Part shown: piece by piece, positions 36,801 through 53,119 of the stretch
Position numbering within the stretch: the first letter of the stretch is position 1
Layout of the letters: each line of letters opens with the position of its first letter
Source: Eledone cirrhosa
Taxonomy: Eukaryota
DNA length: 64,000 nucleotides
Assembly: GCA_964016885.1 (NCBI GenBank)
Contig: OZ024763.1
Location: forward strand, 23,064,001-23,128,000
Direction: 5' to 3'
Program-made: the position numbers and the translations under genes
Notes under the pieces: model-generated
Database searches by the model: none
What the model was told of the DNA's origin: nothing
Seen by the model: the letters and a program-made list of their open reading frames with translations, nothing else

Positions 36801-39800
36801 ACCCCATCAGTGAAGCCCTTTAGTATAGGTCAACTGGGAAATTATAACATACATAACCCCATCAGTAAATCCCTTTAGTATAGGTCAACTGGGAAATTAT
36901 AACATACATAACCCCATCAGTGAAGCCCTTTAGTATAGGTCAACTGGGAAATTATAACACACATAACCCCATCAGTGAAGCCCTTTAGTATAGGTCAACT
37001 GGGAAAGTATAACATACATAACCCCATCAGTGAAGCCCTTTAGTATAGGTCAACTGGGAAATTATAACACACATAAACCCATCAGTGAAGCCCTTCAGTA
37101 TAGGTCAACTGGGAAATTATAACACACAACCCTATCAGTAAAGCCCTTTAGTATAGGTCAACTGGGAAATTATAACACACATAACCCTATCAGTGAAGCC
37201 CTTTAGTATAGGTCAACTGGGAAATTACAACACACATAACCCCATCAGTGAAGCCCTTTAGTATAGGTCAACTGGGAAATTATAACACACATAACCCCAT
37301 CAATGACGCCCTTTAGTATAGGTCAACTGGGAAATTATAACATACATAACCCCATCAGTGAAGCCCTTTAGTATAGGTCAAGTGGGAAATTATAACATAC
37401 ATAACCCTATCAGTAAAGCCCTTTAGTATAGGCGAACTAGGAAATTATAACACACATAACCCCATCAGTGAAGCCCTTTAGTATAGGTGAACTGGGAAAT
37501 TATAACACACATAACCCTATCAGTGAAGCCCTTTAGTATAGGTGAACTGGGAAATTATAACACACATAACCCCATCAGTGAAGCCCTTTAGTATAGGTCA
37601 ACTGGGAAATTATAACACACATAACCCTATCAGTGAAGCCCTTTAGTATAGGTGAACTGGGAAATTATAACACACATAACCCCATCAGTGAAGCCTTTTA
37701 GTATAGGTCAACTGGGAAATTATAAAACACATAACCCCATCAGTGAAGCCCTTTAGTATAGGTCAACTGGGAAATTATAACATACATAACCCCATCAGTA
37801 AATCCCTTTAGTATAGGTCAACTGGGAAATTATAACATACATAACCCCATCAGTGAAGCCCTTTAGTATAGGTCAACTGGGAAATTATAACACACATAAC
37901 CCCATCAGTGAAGCCCTTTAGTATAGGTCAACTGGGAAAGTATAACATACATAACCCCATCAGTGAAGCCCTTTAGTATAGGTCAACTGGGAAATTATAA
38001 CACACATAAACCCATCAGTGAAGCCCTTCAGTATAGGTCAACTGGGAAATTATAACACACAACCCTATCAGTAAAGCCCTTTAGTATAGGTCGACTGGGA
38101 AATTATAACACACATAACCCTATCAGTGAAGCCCTTTAGTATAGGTCAACTGGGAAATTACAACACACATAACCCCATCAGTGAAGCCCTTTAGTATAGG
38201 TCAACTGGGAAATTATAACACACATAACCCCATCAATGACGCCCTTTAGTATAGGTCAACTGGGAAATTATAACATACATAACCCCATCAGTGAAGCCCT
38301 TTAGTATAGGTCAAGTGGGAAATTATAACATACATAACCCTATCAGTAAAGCCCTTTAGTATAGGTGAACTAGGAAATTATAACACACATAACCCCATCA
38401 GTGAAGCCCTTTAGTATAGGTGAACTGGGAAATTATAACACACATAACCCTATCAGTGAAGCCCTTTAGTATAGGTGAACTGGGAAATTATAACACACAT
38501 AACCCCATCAGTGAAGCCCTTTAGTATAGGTCAACTGGGAAATTATAACACACATAACCCTATCAGTGAAGCCCTTTAGTATAGGTGAACTGGGAAATTA
38601 TAACACACATAACCCCATCAGTGAAGCCCTTTAGTATAGGTCAACTGGGAAATCATAACACACATAACCCTATCGGTGAAGCCCTTTAGTATAGGTGAAC
38701 TGGGAAATTATAACACACATAACCCCATCAGTGAAGCCCTTTAGTATAGGTCAACTGGGAAATTATAACATTCATAACCCTATCAGTGAAGCCCTTTAGT
38801 ATAGGTGAACTGGGAAATTATAACACACATAACCCCATCAGTGAAGCCCTTTAGTATAGGTCAACTGGGAAATTATAACATACATAACCCCATCAGTGAA
38901 GCCCTTTAGTATAGGTCAACTGGGAAATTATAACACATAACCCCATCAGTGAAGCCCTTTAGTATAGGTCAACTGGGAAATTATAACATACATAACCCCA
39001 TCAGTGAAGCCCTTTAGTATAGGTCAACTGGGAAATTATAACACACATAACCCCATCAGTGAAGCCCTTTAGTATAGGTCAACTGGGAAATTATAAAATA
39101 CATAACCCTATCAGTGAAGCCCTTTAGTATAGGTCAACTGGGAAATTACAACACACATAACCCCATCAGTGAAGCCCTTTAGTATAGGTGAACTGGGAAA
39201 TTATAACACACATAACCCCATCAGTGAAGCCCTTTAGTATAGGTCAACTGGGAAATTATAACACACATAACCCCATCAGTGAAGCCCTTTAGTATAGGTG
39301 AACTGGGAAATTATAACACACATAACCCCATCAGTGAAGCCCTTTAGTATAGGTCAACTGGGAAATTATAACATACATAACCCCATCAGTGAAGCCCTTT
39401 AGTATAGGTCAACTGGGAAATTATAACATACATAACCCTATCAGTGAAGCCCTTTAGTATAGGTCAACTGGGAAATTATAACACACATAACCCTATCAGT
39501 AAAGCCCTTTAGTATAGGTCAACTGGTAAATGATAACAGATGACCCTATCAGTGAAGCCCTTTAGTATAGGTCAACTGGGAAATTATAACACACATAACC
39601 CTATCAGTAAAGCCCTTTAGTATAGGTCAACTAGGAAATTATAACACACATAACCCCATCAGTGAAGCCCTTCAGTATAGGTCAACTGGGAAATTATAAC
39701 ACACATAACCCCATCAGTGAAGCCCTTTAGTATAGGTCAACTGGAAAATTATAACACACATAACCCCATCAGTGAAGCCCTTTAGTATAGGTCAACTGGG

Positions 39801-42800
39801 AAATTATAACATACATAACCCCATCAGTGAAGCCCTTTAGTATAGGTCAACTGGGAAATTATAAAACACATAACCCCATCAGTGAAGCCCTTTAGTATAG
39901 GTCAACTGGGAAATTATAACATACATAACCCCATCAGTGTAGCCCTTTAGTATAGGTCAACTGGGAAATTATAACACACATAACCCCATCAGTGAAGCCC
40001 TTTAGTATAGGTCAACTGGGAAATTACAACACACATAACCCCATCAGTAAAGCCCTTTAGTATAGGTCAACTGGGAAATTATAACACATAACCCTATCAG
40101 TGAAGCCCTTTAGTATAGGTCAACTGGGAAATTATAACACACATAACCCTATCAGTAAAGCCCTTTTGTATAGGTCAACTAGGAAATTATAACACACATA
40201 ACCCCATCAGTGAAGCCCTTCAGTATAGGTCAACTGGGAAATTATAACACACATAACCCCATCAGTGAAGCCCTTTAGTATAGGTCAACTGGGAAATTAT
40301 AACACACATAACCCCATCAGTGAAGCCCTTTAGTATAGGTCAACTGGGAAATTATAACACACATAACCCCATCAGTGAAGCCCTTTAGTATAGGTCAACT
40401 GGGAAATTATAACACACATAACCCCATCAGTGAAGCCCTTTAGTATAGGTCAACTGGGAAATTATAACATACATAACCCTATCAGTAAAGCCCTTTAGTA
40501 TAGGTCAACTGGGAAATTATAACATACATAACCCTATCAGTGAAGCCCTTTAGTATAAGTCAACTGGGAAATTATAACACACATAACCCTATCAGTGAAG
40601 CCCTTTAGTATAGGTCAACTGGGAAATTATAACACATATAACCCTATCAGTGAAGCCCTTCAGTATAGGTCAACTGGGAAATTATAACACACATAACCCT
40701 ATCAGTGAAGCCCTTTAATATAGGTCAACTGGGAAATTATAACACACATAACCCTATCAGTGAAGCCCTTTAATATAGGTCAACTGCGAAATTATAACAC
40801 ACATAACCCTATCAGAAAAGCCCTTTAGTATAGGTCAACTGGGAAATTATAACACATAACCCTATCAGTGAAGCCCTTTAGTATAGGTCAACTGGGAAAT
40901 AATAACACACATAACCCTATCAGTGAAGCCCTTTAGTATAGGTCAACTGGGAAATTATAACATACATAACACTATCAGTAAAGCCCTTTAGTATAGGTCA
41001 ACTGGGAAATTATAACACATAACCCTATCAGTGAAGCCCTTTAGTATAGGTCAACTAGGAAATTATAACACACATAACCCCATCAGTGAAGCCCTTCAGT
41101 ATAGGTCAACTGGGAATTTATAACACACATAACCCCATCAGTGAAGCCCTTTAGTATAGGTGAACTGGGAAATTATAACATACATAACCCTATCAGTGAA
41201 GCCCTTTAGTATAGGTTAACTTGGAAATTATAACACACATAACCCTATCAGTGAAGCTCTTTAGTATAGGTCAAATGGGAAATTATAACACACATAACCC
41301 CGTCAGTGAAGCCCTTTAGTATAGGTCAACTGCGAAATTATAACACACATAACCCTATCAGTGAAGCCCTTTAGTATAGGTGAACTGGGAAATTATAACA
41401 TACTAACCCCATCAGTGAAGCCCTTTAGTATATGTCAACTGGGAAATTATAACGTACATAACCGTATCAGTAAAGCCCTTTAGTATAGGTCAACTGGGAA
41501 ATTATAACACATAACCCCATCAGTGAAGCCCTTTAGTATAGGTCAACTGGGAAATTATAACATACATAACCCTATCAGTAAAGCCCTTTAGTATAGGTCA
41601 ACTGGGAAATTATAACATACATAACCCTATCAGTGAAGCCCTTTAGTATAGGTTAACTTGGAAATTATAACACACATAACCCTATCAGTGAAGCCCTTTA
41701 GTATAGGTCAACTGGGAAATTATGACATACATAACCCTATCAGTGAAGCTCTTTAGTATAGGTCAAATGGGAAATTATAACACACATAACCCCGTCAGTG
41801 AAGCCCTTTAGTATAGGTCAACTGCGAAATTATAACACACATAACCCTATCAGTGAAGCCCTTTAGTATAGGTGAACTGGGAAATTATAACATACTAACC
41901 CCATCAGTGAAGCCCTTTAGTATATGTCAACTGGGAAATTATAACGTACATAACCGTATCAGTAAAGCCCTTTAGTATAGGTCAACTGGGAAATTATAAC
42001 ACATAACCCCATCAGTGAAGCCCTTTAGTATAGGTCAACTGGGAAATTATAACATACATAACCCTATCAGTAAAGCCCTTTAGTATAGGTCAACTGGGAA
42101 ATTATAACATACATAACCCTATCAGTGAAGCCCTTTAGTATAGGTTAACTTGGAAATTATAACACACATAACCCTATCAGTGAAGCCCTTTAGTATAGGT
42201 CAACTGGGAAATTATGACATACATAACCCTATCAGTGAAGCCCTTTAGTATAGGTCAACTGGGAAATTATAACACACATAACCCTATCAGTAAAGCCCTT
42301 TAGTATAGGTCAACTGGGAAATTATAACACACATAACCCCATCAGTGAAGCCCTTTAGTATAGGTCAACTGGGAAAATATAACACACATAACCCTATCAG
42401 TGAAGCCCTTTAGTATAGGTCAACTGGGAAATTATAACACACATAACCCCATCAGTGAAGCCCTTTAGTATAGGTCAACTGGGAAATTATAACATACATA
42501 ACACTATCAGTAAAGCCCTTTAGTATAGGTCAACTGGGAAATTATAAAACATAACCCTATCAGTGAAGCCCTTTAGTATAGGTCAACTGGGAAATTATAA
42601 CACACATAACCCTATCAGTAAAGCCCTTTAGTATAGGTCAACTAGGAAATTATAACACACATAACCCCATCAGTGAAGCCCTTCAGTATAGGTCAACTGG
42701 GAAATTATAACATACATAACACTATCAGTAAAGCCCTTTAGTATAGGTCAACTGGGAAATTATAAAACATAACCCTATCAGTGAAGCCCTTTAGTATAGG

Positions 42801-45800
42801 TCAACTGGGAAATTATAACACACATAACCCTATCAGTAAAGCCCTTTAGTATAGGTCAACTGGGAAATGATAACAGATGACCCTATCAGTGAAGCCCTTT
42901 AGTATAGGTCAACTGGGAAATTATAACACACATAACCCTATCAGTAAAGCCCTTTAGTATAGGTCAACTAGGAAATTATAACACACATAACCCCATCAGT
43001 GAAGCCCTTCAGTATAGGTCAACTGGGAAATTATAACACACATAACCCCATCAGTGAAGCCCTTTAGTATAGGTGAACTGGAAAATTATAACACACATAA
43101 CCCCATCAGTGAAGCCCTTTAGTATAGGTCAACTGGGAAATTATAACATACATAACCCCATCAGTGAAGCCCTTTAGTATAGGTCAACTGGGAAATTATA
43201 AAACACATAACCCCATCAGTGAAGCCCTTTAGTATAGGTCAACTGGGAAATTATAACATACATAACCCCATCAGTGAAGCCCTTTAGTATAGGTCAACTG
43301 GGAAATTATAACATACATAACCCTATCAGTAAAGCCCTTTTGTATAGGTCAACTAGGAAATTATAACACACATAACCCCATCAGTGAAGCCCTTCAGTAT
43401 AGGTCAACTGGGAAATTATAACACACATAACCCCATCAGTGAAGCCCTTTAGTATAGGTCAACTGGGAAATTATAACATACATAACCCTATCAGTAAAGC
43501 CCTTTAGTATAGGTCAACTGGGAAATTATAACATACATAACCCTATCAGTGAAGCCCTTTAGTATAAGTCAACTGGGAAATTATAACACACATAACCCTA
43601 TCAGTGAAGCCCTTTAGTATAGGTCAACTGGGAAATTATAACACATATAACCCTATCAGTGAAGCCCTTCAGTATAGGTCAACTGGGAAATTATAACACA
43701 CATAACCCTATCAGTGAAGCCCTTTAATATAGGTCAACTGGGAAATTATAACACACATAACCCTATCAGTGAAGCCCTTTAATATAGGTCAACTGCGAAA
43801 TTATAACACACATAACCCTATCAGAAAAGCCCTTTAGTATAGGTCAACTGGGAAATTATAACACATAACCCTATCAGTGAAGCCCTTTAGTATAGGTCAA
43901 CTGGGAAATTATAACACACATAACCCTATCAGTGAAGCCCTTTAGTATAGGTCAACTGGGAAATTATAACATACATAACACTATCAGTAAAGCCCTTTAG
44001 TATAGGTCAACTGGGAAATTATAACACATAACCCTATCAGTGAAGCCCTTTAGTATAGGTCAACTAGGAAATTATAACACACATAACCCCATCAGTGAAG
44101 CCCTTCAGTATAGGTCAACTGGGAATTTATAACACACATAACCCCATCAGTGAAGCCCTTTAGTATAGGTGAACTGGGAAATTATAACATACATAACCCT
44201 ATCAGTGAAGCCCTTTAGTATAGGTTAACTTGGAAATTATAACACACATAACCCTATCAGTGAAGCTCTTTAGTATAGGTCAAATGGGAAATTATAACAC
44301 ACATAACCCCGTCAGTGAAGCCCTTTAGTATAGGTCAACTGCGAAATTATAACACACATAACCCTATCAGTGAAGCCCTTTAGTATAGGTGAACTGGGAA
44401 ATTATAACATACTAACCCCATCAGTGAAGCCCTTTAGTATAGGTCAACTGGGAAATTATAACATACATAACCCTATCAGTAAAGCCCTTTAGTATATGTC
44501 AACTGGGAAATTATAACGTACATAACCGTATCAGTAAAGCCCTTTAGTATAGGTCAACTGGGAAATTATAACACATAACCCCATCAGTGAAGCCCTTTAG
44601 TATAGGTCAACTGGGAAATTATAACATACATAACCCTATCAGTAAAGCCCTTTAGTATAGGTCAACTGGGAAATTATAACATACATAACCCTATCAGTGA
44701 AGCCCTTTAGTATAGGTTAACTTGGAAATTATAACACACATAACCCTATCAGTGAAGCCCTTTAGTATAGGTCAACTGGGAAATTATGACATACATAACC
44801 CTATCAGTGAAGCCCTTTAGTATAGGTCAACTGGGAAATTATAACACACATAACCCTATCAGTAAAGCCCTTTAGTATAGGTCAACTGGGAAATTATAAC
44901 ACACATAACCCCATCAGTGAAGCCCTTTAGTATAGGTCAACTGGGAAAATATAACACACATAACCCTATCAGTGAAGCCCTTTAGTATAGGTCAACTGGG
45001 AAATTATAACACACATAACCCCATCAGTGAAGCCCTTTAGTATAGGTCAACTGGGAAATTATAACATACATAACACTATCAGTAAAGCCCTTTAGTATAG
45101 GTCAACTGGGAAATTATAAAACATAACCCTATCAGTGAAGCCCTTTAGTATAGGTCAACTGGGAAATTATAACACACATAACCCTATCAGTAAAGCCCTT
45201 TAGTATAGGTCAACTAGGAAATTATAACACACATAACCCCATCAGTGAAGCCCTTCAGTATAGGTCAACTGGGAAATTATAACATACATAACACTATCAG
45301 TAAAGCCCTTTAGTATAGGTCAACTGGGAAATTATAAAACATAACCCTATCAGTGAAGCCCTTTAGTATAGGTCAACTGGGAAATTATAACACACATAAC
45401 CCTATCAGTAAAGCCCTTTAGTATAGGTCAACTGGGAAATGATAACAGATGACCCTATCAGTGAAGCCCTTTAGTATAGGTCAACTGGGAAATTATAACA
45501 CACATAACCCTATCAGTAAAGCCCTTTAGTATAGGTCAACTAGGAAATTATAACACACATAACCCCATCAGTGAAGCCCTTCAGTATAGGTCAACTGGGA
45601 AATTATAACATACATAACACTATCAGTAAAGCCCTTTAGTATAGGTCAACTGGGAAATTATAAAACATAACCCCATCAGTGAAGCCCTTCAGTATAGGTC
45701 AACTGGGAAATTATAACACACATAACCCCATCAGTGAAGCCCTTTAGTATAGGTGAACTGGAAAATTATAACACACATAACCCCATCAGTGAAGCCCTTT

Positions 45801-48800
45801 AGTATAGGTCAACTGGGAAATTATAACATACATAACCCCATCAGTGAAGCCCTTTAGTATAGGTCAACTGGGAAATTATAAAACACATAACCCCATCAGT
45901 GAAGCCCTTTAGTATAGGTCAACTGGGAAATTATAACATACATAACCCCATCAGTGAAGCCCTTTAGTATAGGTCAACTGGGAAATTATAACATACATAA
46001 CCCTATCAGTGTAGCCCTTTAGTATAGGTCAACTGGGAAATTATAACACACAAAACCCCATCAGTGAAGCCCTTTAGTATAGGTCAACTGGGAAAGTATA
46101 ACATACATAACCCCATCAGTGAAGCCCTTTAGTATAGGTCAACTGGGAAATTATAACACACATAACCCTATCAGTGAAGCCCTTTAGTATAGGTTAACTT
46201 GGAAATTATAACACACATAACCCTATCAGTGAAGCCCTTTAGCATAGGTCAACTGGGAAATTATAACACACATAACCCCATCAGTGAAGCCCTTTAGTAT
46301 AGGTCAACTGCGAAATTATAACACACATAACCCTATCAGTGAAGCCCTTTAGTATAGGTGAACTGGGAAATTATAACATACTAACCCCATCAGTGAAGCC
46401 CTTTAGTATAGGTCAACTGGGAAATTATAACATACTTAACCCTATCAGTAAAGCCCTTTAGTATATGTCATCTGGGAAATTATAACGTACATAACCGTAT
46501 CAGTAAAGCCCTTTAGTATAGGTCAACTGGGAAATTATAACACATAACCCTATCAGTGAAGCCCTTTAGTATAGGTCAACTGGGAAATTATAACACACAT
46601 AACCCTATCAGTAAAGCCCTTTTGTATAGGTCAACTAGGAAATTATAACACACATAACCCCATCAGTGAAGCCCTTCAGTATAGGTCAACTGGGAAATTA
46701 TAACACACATAACCCCATCAGTGAAGCCCTTTAGTATAGGTCAACAGGGAAATTATAACACACATAACCCCATCAGTGAAGCCCTTTAGTATAGGTCAAC
46801 TGGGAAATTATAACACACATAACCCCATCAGTGAAGCCCTTTAGTATAGGTCAACTGGGAAATTATAACACACATAACCCCATCAGTGAAGCCCTTTAGT
46901 ATAGGTCAACTGGGAAATTATAACATACATAACCCTATCAGTAAAGCCCTTTAGTATAGGTCAACTGGGAAATTATAACATACATAACCCTATCAGTGAA
47001 GCCCTTTAGTATAAGTCAACTGGGAAATTATAACACACATAACCCTATCAGTGAAGCCCTTTAGTATAGGTCAACTGGGAAATTATAACACATATAACCC
47101 TATCAGTGAAGCCCTTCAGTATAGCTCAACTGGGAAATTATAACACACATAACCCTATCAGTGAAGCCCTTTAATATAGGTCAACTGGGAAATTATAACA
47201 CACATAACCCTATCAGTGAAGCCCTTTAATATAGGTCAACTGCGAAATTATAACACACATAACCCTATCAGAAAAGCCCTTTAGTATAGGTCAACTGGGA
47301 AATTATAACACATAACCCTATCAGTGAAGCCCTTTAGTATAGGTCAACTGGGAAATTATAACACACATAACCCTATCAGTGAAGCCCTTTAGTATAGGTC
47401 AACTGGGAAATTATAACATACATAACCCTATCAGTGAAGCCCTTTAGTATAGGTTAACTTGGAAATTATAACACACATAACCCTATCAGTGAAGCTCTTT
47501 AGTATAGGTCAAATGGGAAATTATAACACACATAACCCCGTCAGTGAAGCCCTTTAGTATAGGTCAACTGCGAAATCATAACACACATAACCCTATCAGT
47601 GAAGCCCTTTAGTATAGGTGAACTGGGAAATTATAACATACTAACCCCATCAGTGAAGCCCTTTAGTATAGGTCAACTGGGAAATTATAACATACATAAC
47701 CCTATCAGTAAAGCCCTTTAGTATATGTCAACTGGGAAATTATAACGTACATAACCGTATCAGTAAAGCCCTTTAGTATAGGTCAACTGGGAAATTATAA
47801 CACATAACCCTATCAGTGAAGCCCTTTAGTATAGGTCAACTGGGAAATTATAACATACATAACCCTATCAGTAAAGCCCTTTAGTATAGGTCAACTGGGA
47901 AATTATAACATACATAACCCTATCAGTGAAGCCCTTTAGTATAGGTTAACTTGGAAATTATAACACACATAACCCTATCAGTGAAGCCCTTTAGTATAGG
48001 TCAACTGGGAAATTATGACATACATAACCCTATCAGTGAAGCCCTTTAGTATAGGTCAACTGGGAAATTATAACACACATAACCCTATCAGTAAAGCCCT
48101 TTAGTATAGGTCAACTGGGAAATTATAACACACATAACCCCATCAGTGAAGCCCTTTAGTATAGGTCAACTGGGAAATTATAACACACATAACCCTATCA
48201 GTGAAGCCCTTTAGTATAGGTCAACTGGGAAATTATAACACACATAACCCCATCAGTGAAGCCCTTTAGTATAGGTCAACTGGGAAATTATAACATACAT
48301 AACACTATCAGTAAAGCCCTTTAGTATAGGTCAACTGGGAAATTATAAAACATAACCCTATCAGTGAAGCCCTTTAGTATAGGTCAACTGGGAAATTATA
48401 ACACACATAACCCTATCAGTAAAGCCCTTTAGTATAGGTCAACTATGAAATTATAACACACATAACCCCATCAGTGAAGCCCTTCAGTATAGGTCAACTG
48501 GGAATTTATAACACACATAACCCCATCAGTGAAGCCCTTTAGTATAGGTGAACTGGGAAATTATAACATACATAACCCTATCAGTGAAGCCCTTTAGTAT
48601 AGGTTAACTTGGAAATTATAACACACATAACCCCGTCAGTGAAGCCCTTTAGTATAGGTCAACTGCGAAATTATAACACACATAACCCTATCAGTGAAGC
48701 CCTTTAGTATAGGTGAACTGGGAAATTATAACATACTAACCCCATCAGTGAAGCCCTTTAGTATAGGTCAACTGGGAAATTATAACATACATAACCCTAT

Positions 48801-51800
48801 CAGTAAAGCCCTTTAGTATATGTCAACTGGGAAATTATAACGTACATAACCGTATCAGTAAAGCCCTTTAGTATAGGTCAACTGGGAAATTATAACACAT
48901 AACCCCATCAGTGAAGCCCTTTAGTATAGGTCAACTGGGAAATTATAACATACATAACCCTATCAGTAAAGCCCTTTAGTATAGGTCAACTGGGAAATTA
49001 TAACACATGACCCTATCAGTGAAGCCCTTTAGTATAGGTCAACTGGGAAATTATAACACACATAACCCTATCAGTAAAGCCCTTTAGTATAGGTCAACTA
49101 GGAAATTATAACACACATAACCCCATCAGTGAAGCCTTTCAGTATAGGTCAACTGGGAAATTATAACACACATAACCCCTTCAGTGAAGCCCTTTAGTAT
49201 AGGTCAACTGGAAATTATGACATACATAACCCTATCAGTGAAGCCCTTTAGTATAGGTCAACTGGGAAATTATAACACACATAACCCTATCAGTGAAGCC
49301 CTTTAGTATAGGTCAACTGGGAAATTATAACACACATAACCCTATCAGTGAATCCCTTTAGTATAGGTCAACTGGGAAATTATGACATACATAACCCTAT
49401 CAGTGAAGCCCTTTAGTATAGGTCAACTGGGAAATTATAACACACGTAACCCAATCAGTGAAGCCCTTTAGTATAGGTCAACTGGGAAATTATAACACAC
49501 ATAACCCCATCAGTGAAGCCCTTTAGTATAGGTCAACTGGGAAATTATAACACACATAACCCCATCAGTGAAGCCCTTTAGTATAGGTCAACTGGGAAAT
49601 TATAACACACATAACCCCATCAGTGAAGCCCTTTAGTATAGGTCAACTGGGAAATTATAACACACATAACCCCATCAGTGAAGCCCTTTAGTATAGGTCA
49701 ACTGGGAAATTATAACATACATAACCCCATCAGTGAAGCCCTTTAGTATAGGTCAACTGGGAAATTATAACACATAACCCCATCAGTGAAGCCCTTTAGT
49801 ATAGGTCAACTGGGAAATTATAACATACATAACCCCATCAGTGAAGCCCTTTAGTATAGGTCAACTGGGAAATTATAACACACATAACCCTATCAGTGAA
49901 GCCCTTTAGTATAGGTGAACTGGGAAATTATAACATACCAACCCCATCAGTGAAGCCCTTTAGTATAGGTGAACTGGGAAATTATAACATACGTAACCCT
50001 ATCAGTGAAGCCCTTTAGTATAGGTGAACTGGGAAATTATAACACACATAACCCCATCAGTGAAGCCCTTTAGTATAGGTCAACTGGGAAATTATAACAC
50101 ACATAACCCCATCAGTGAAGCCCTTTAGTATAGGTGAACTGGGAAATTATAACACACATAACCCCATCAGTGAAGCCCTTTAGTATAGGTCAACTGGGAA
50201 ATTATAACATACATAACCCCATCAGTGAAGCCCTTTAGTATAGGTCAACTGGGAAATTATAAAACACATAACCCCATCAGTGAAGCCCTTTAGTATAGGT
50301 CAACTGGGAAATTATAACATACATAACCCCATCAGTGAAGCCCTTTAGTATAGGTCAACTGGGAAATTATAACATACATAACCCCATCAGTGAAGCCCTT
50401 TAGTATAGGTCAACTGGGAAATTATAACACACATAACCCCATCAGTGAAGCCCTTTAGTATAGGTCAACTGGGAAAGTATAACATACATAACCCCATCAG
50501 TGAAGCCCTTTAGTATAGGTCAACTGGGAAATTTTAACATACTAACCCCATCAGTGAAGCCCTTTAGTATAGGTCAACTGGGAAATTATGACATACATAA
50601 CCCTATCAGTGAAGCCCTTTAGTATAGGTCAACTGGGAAATTATAACACACATAACCCTATCAGTAAAGCCCTTTAGTATAGGTCAACTGGGAAATTATA
50701 ACACACATAACCCCATCAGTGAAGCCCTTTAGTATAGGTCAACTGGGAAATTATAACACACATAACCCTATCAGTGAAGCCCTTTAGTATAGGTCAACTG
50801 GGAAATTATAACACACATAACCCCATCAGTGAAGCCCTTTAGTATAGGTCAACTGGGAAATTATAACATACATAACACTATCAGTAAAGCCCTTTAGTAT
50901 AGGTCAACTGGGAAATTATAAAACATAACCCTATCAGTGAAGCCCTTTAGTATAGGTCAACTGGGAAATTATAACACACATAACCCTATCAGTAAAGCCC
51001 TTTAGTATAGGTCAACTGGGAATTTATAACACACATAACCCCATCAGTGAAGCCCTTTAGTATAGGTGAACTGGGAAATTATAACATACATAACCCTATC
51101 AGTGAAGCCCTTTAGTATAGGTTAACTTGGAAATTATAACACACATAACCCCGTCAGTGAAGCCCTTTAGTATAGGTCAACTGCGAAATTATAACACACA
51201 TAACCCTATCAGTGAAGGCCTTTAGTATAGGTGAACTGGGAAATTATAACATACTAACCCCATCAGTGAAGCCATTTAGTATAGGTCAACAGGGAAATTA
51301 TAACATACGTAACCCTATCAGTAAAGCCCTTTAGTATATGTCAACTGGGAAATTATAACGTACATAACCGTATCAGTAAAGCCCTTTAGTATAGGTCAAC
51401 TGGGAAATTATAACACATAACCCCATCAGTGAAGCCCTTTAGTATAGGTCAACTGGGAAATTATAACATACATAACCCTATCAGTAAAGCCCTTTAGTAT
51501 AGGTCAACTGGGAAATTATAACACATGACCCTATCAGTGAAGCCCTTTAGTATAGGTCAACTGGGAAATTATAACACACATAACCCTATCAGTAAAGCCC
51601 TTTAGTATAGGTCAACTAGGAAATTATAACACACATAACCCCATCAGTGAAGCCTTTCAGTATAGGTCAACTGGGAAATTATAACACACATAACCCCTTC
51701 AGTGAAGCCCTTTAGTATAGGTCAACTGGAAATTATGACATACATAACCCTATCAGTGAAGCCCTTTAGTATAGGTCAACTGGGAAATTATAACACACAT

Positions 51801-53119
51801 AACCCTATCAGTGAAGCCCTTTAGTATAGGTCAACTGGGAAATTATAACACACATAACCCTATCAGTGAAGCCCTTTAGTATAGGTCAACTGGGAAATTA
51901 TGACATACATAACCCTATCAGTGAAGCCCTTTAGTATAGGTCAACTGGGAAATTATAACACACGTAACCCAATCAGTGAAGCCCTTTAGTATAGGTCAAC
52001 TGGGAAATTATAACACACATAACCCCATCAGTGAAGCCCTTTAGTATAGGTCAACTGGGAAATTATAACACACATAACCCCATCAGTGAAGCCCTTTAGT
52101 ATAGGTCAACTGGGAAATTATAACACACATAACCCCATCAGTGAAGCCCTTTAGTATAGGTCAACTGGGAAATTATAACACACATAACCCCATCAGTGAA
52201 GCCCTTTAGTATAGGTGAACTGGGAAATTATAACACACATAACCCCATCAGTGAAGCCCTTTAGTATAGGTCAACTGGGAAATTATAACATACATAACCC
52301 CATCAGTGAAGCCCTTTAGTATAGGTCAACTGGGAAATTATAACACACATAACCCCATCAGTGAAGCCCTTTAGTATAGGTCAACTGGGAAATTATAACA
52401 CACATAACCCCATCAGTGAAGCCCTTTAGTATAGGTCAACTGGGAAATTATAACATACATAACCCCATCAGTGAAGCCCTTTAGTATAGGTCAACTGGGA
52501 AATTATAACACATAACCCCATCAGTGAAGCCCTTTAGTATAGGTCAACTGGGAAATTATAACATACATAACCCCATCAGTGAAGCCCTTTAGTATAGGTC
52601 AACTGGGAAATTATAACACACATAACCCTATCAGTGAAGCCCTTTAGTATAGGTGAACTGGGAAATTATAACATACCAACCCCATCAGTGAAGCCCTTTA
52701 GTATAGGTGAACTGGGAAATTATAACATACGTAACCCTATCAGTGAAGCCCTTTAGTATAGGTGAACTGGGAAATTATAACACACATAACCCCATCAGTG
52801 AAGCCCTTTAGTATAGGTCAACTGGGAAATTATAACACACATAACCCCATCAGTGAAGCCCTTTAGTATAGGTGAACTGGGAAATTATAACACACATAAC
52901 CCCATCAGTGAAGCCCTTTAGTATAGGTCAACTGGGAAATTATAACATACATAACCCCATCAGTGAAGCCCTTTAGTATAGGTCAACTGGGAAATTATAA
53001 CATACATAACCCTATCAGTGAAGCCCTTTAGTATAGGTCAACTGGGAAATTATAACACACATAACCCTATCAGTAAAGCCCTTTAGTATAGGTCAACTGG
53101 GAAATTATAACACACATAA

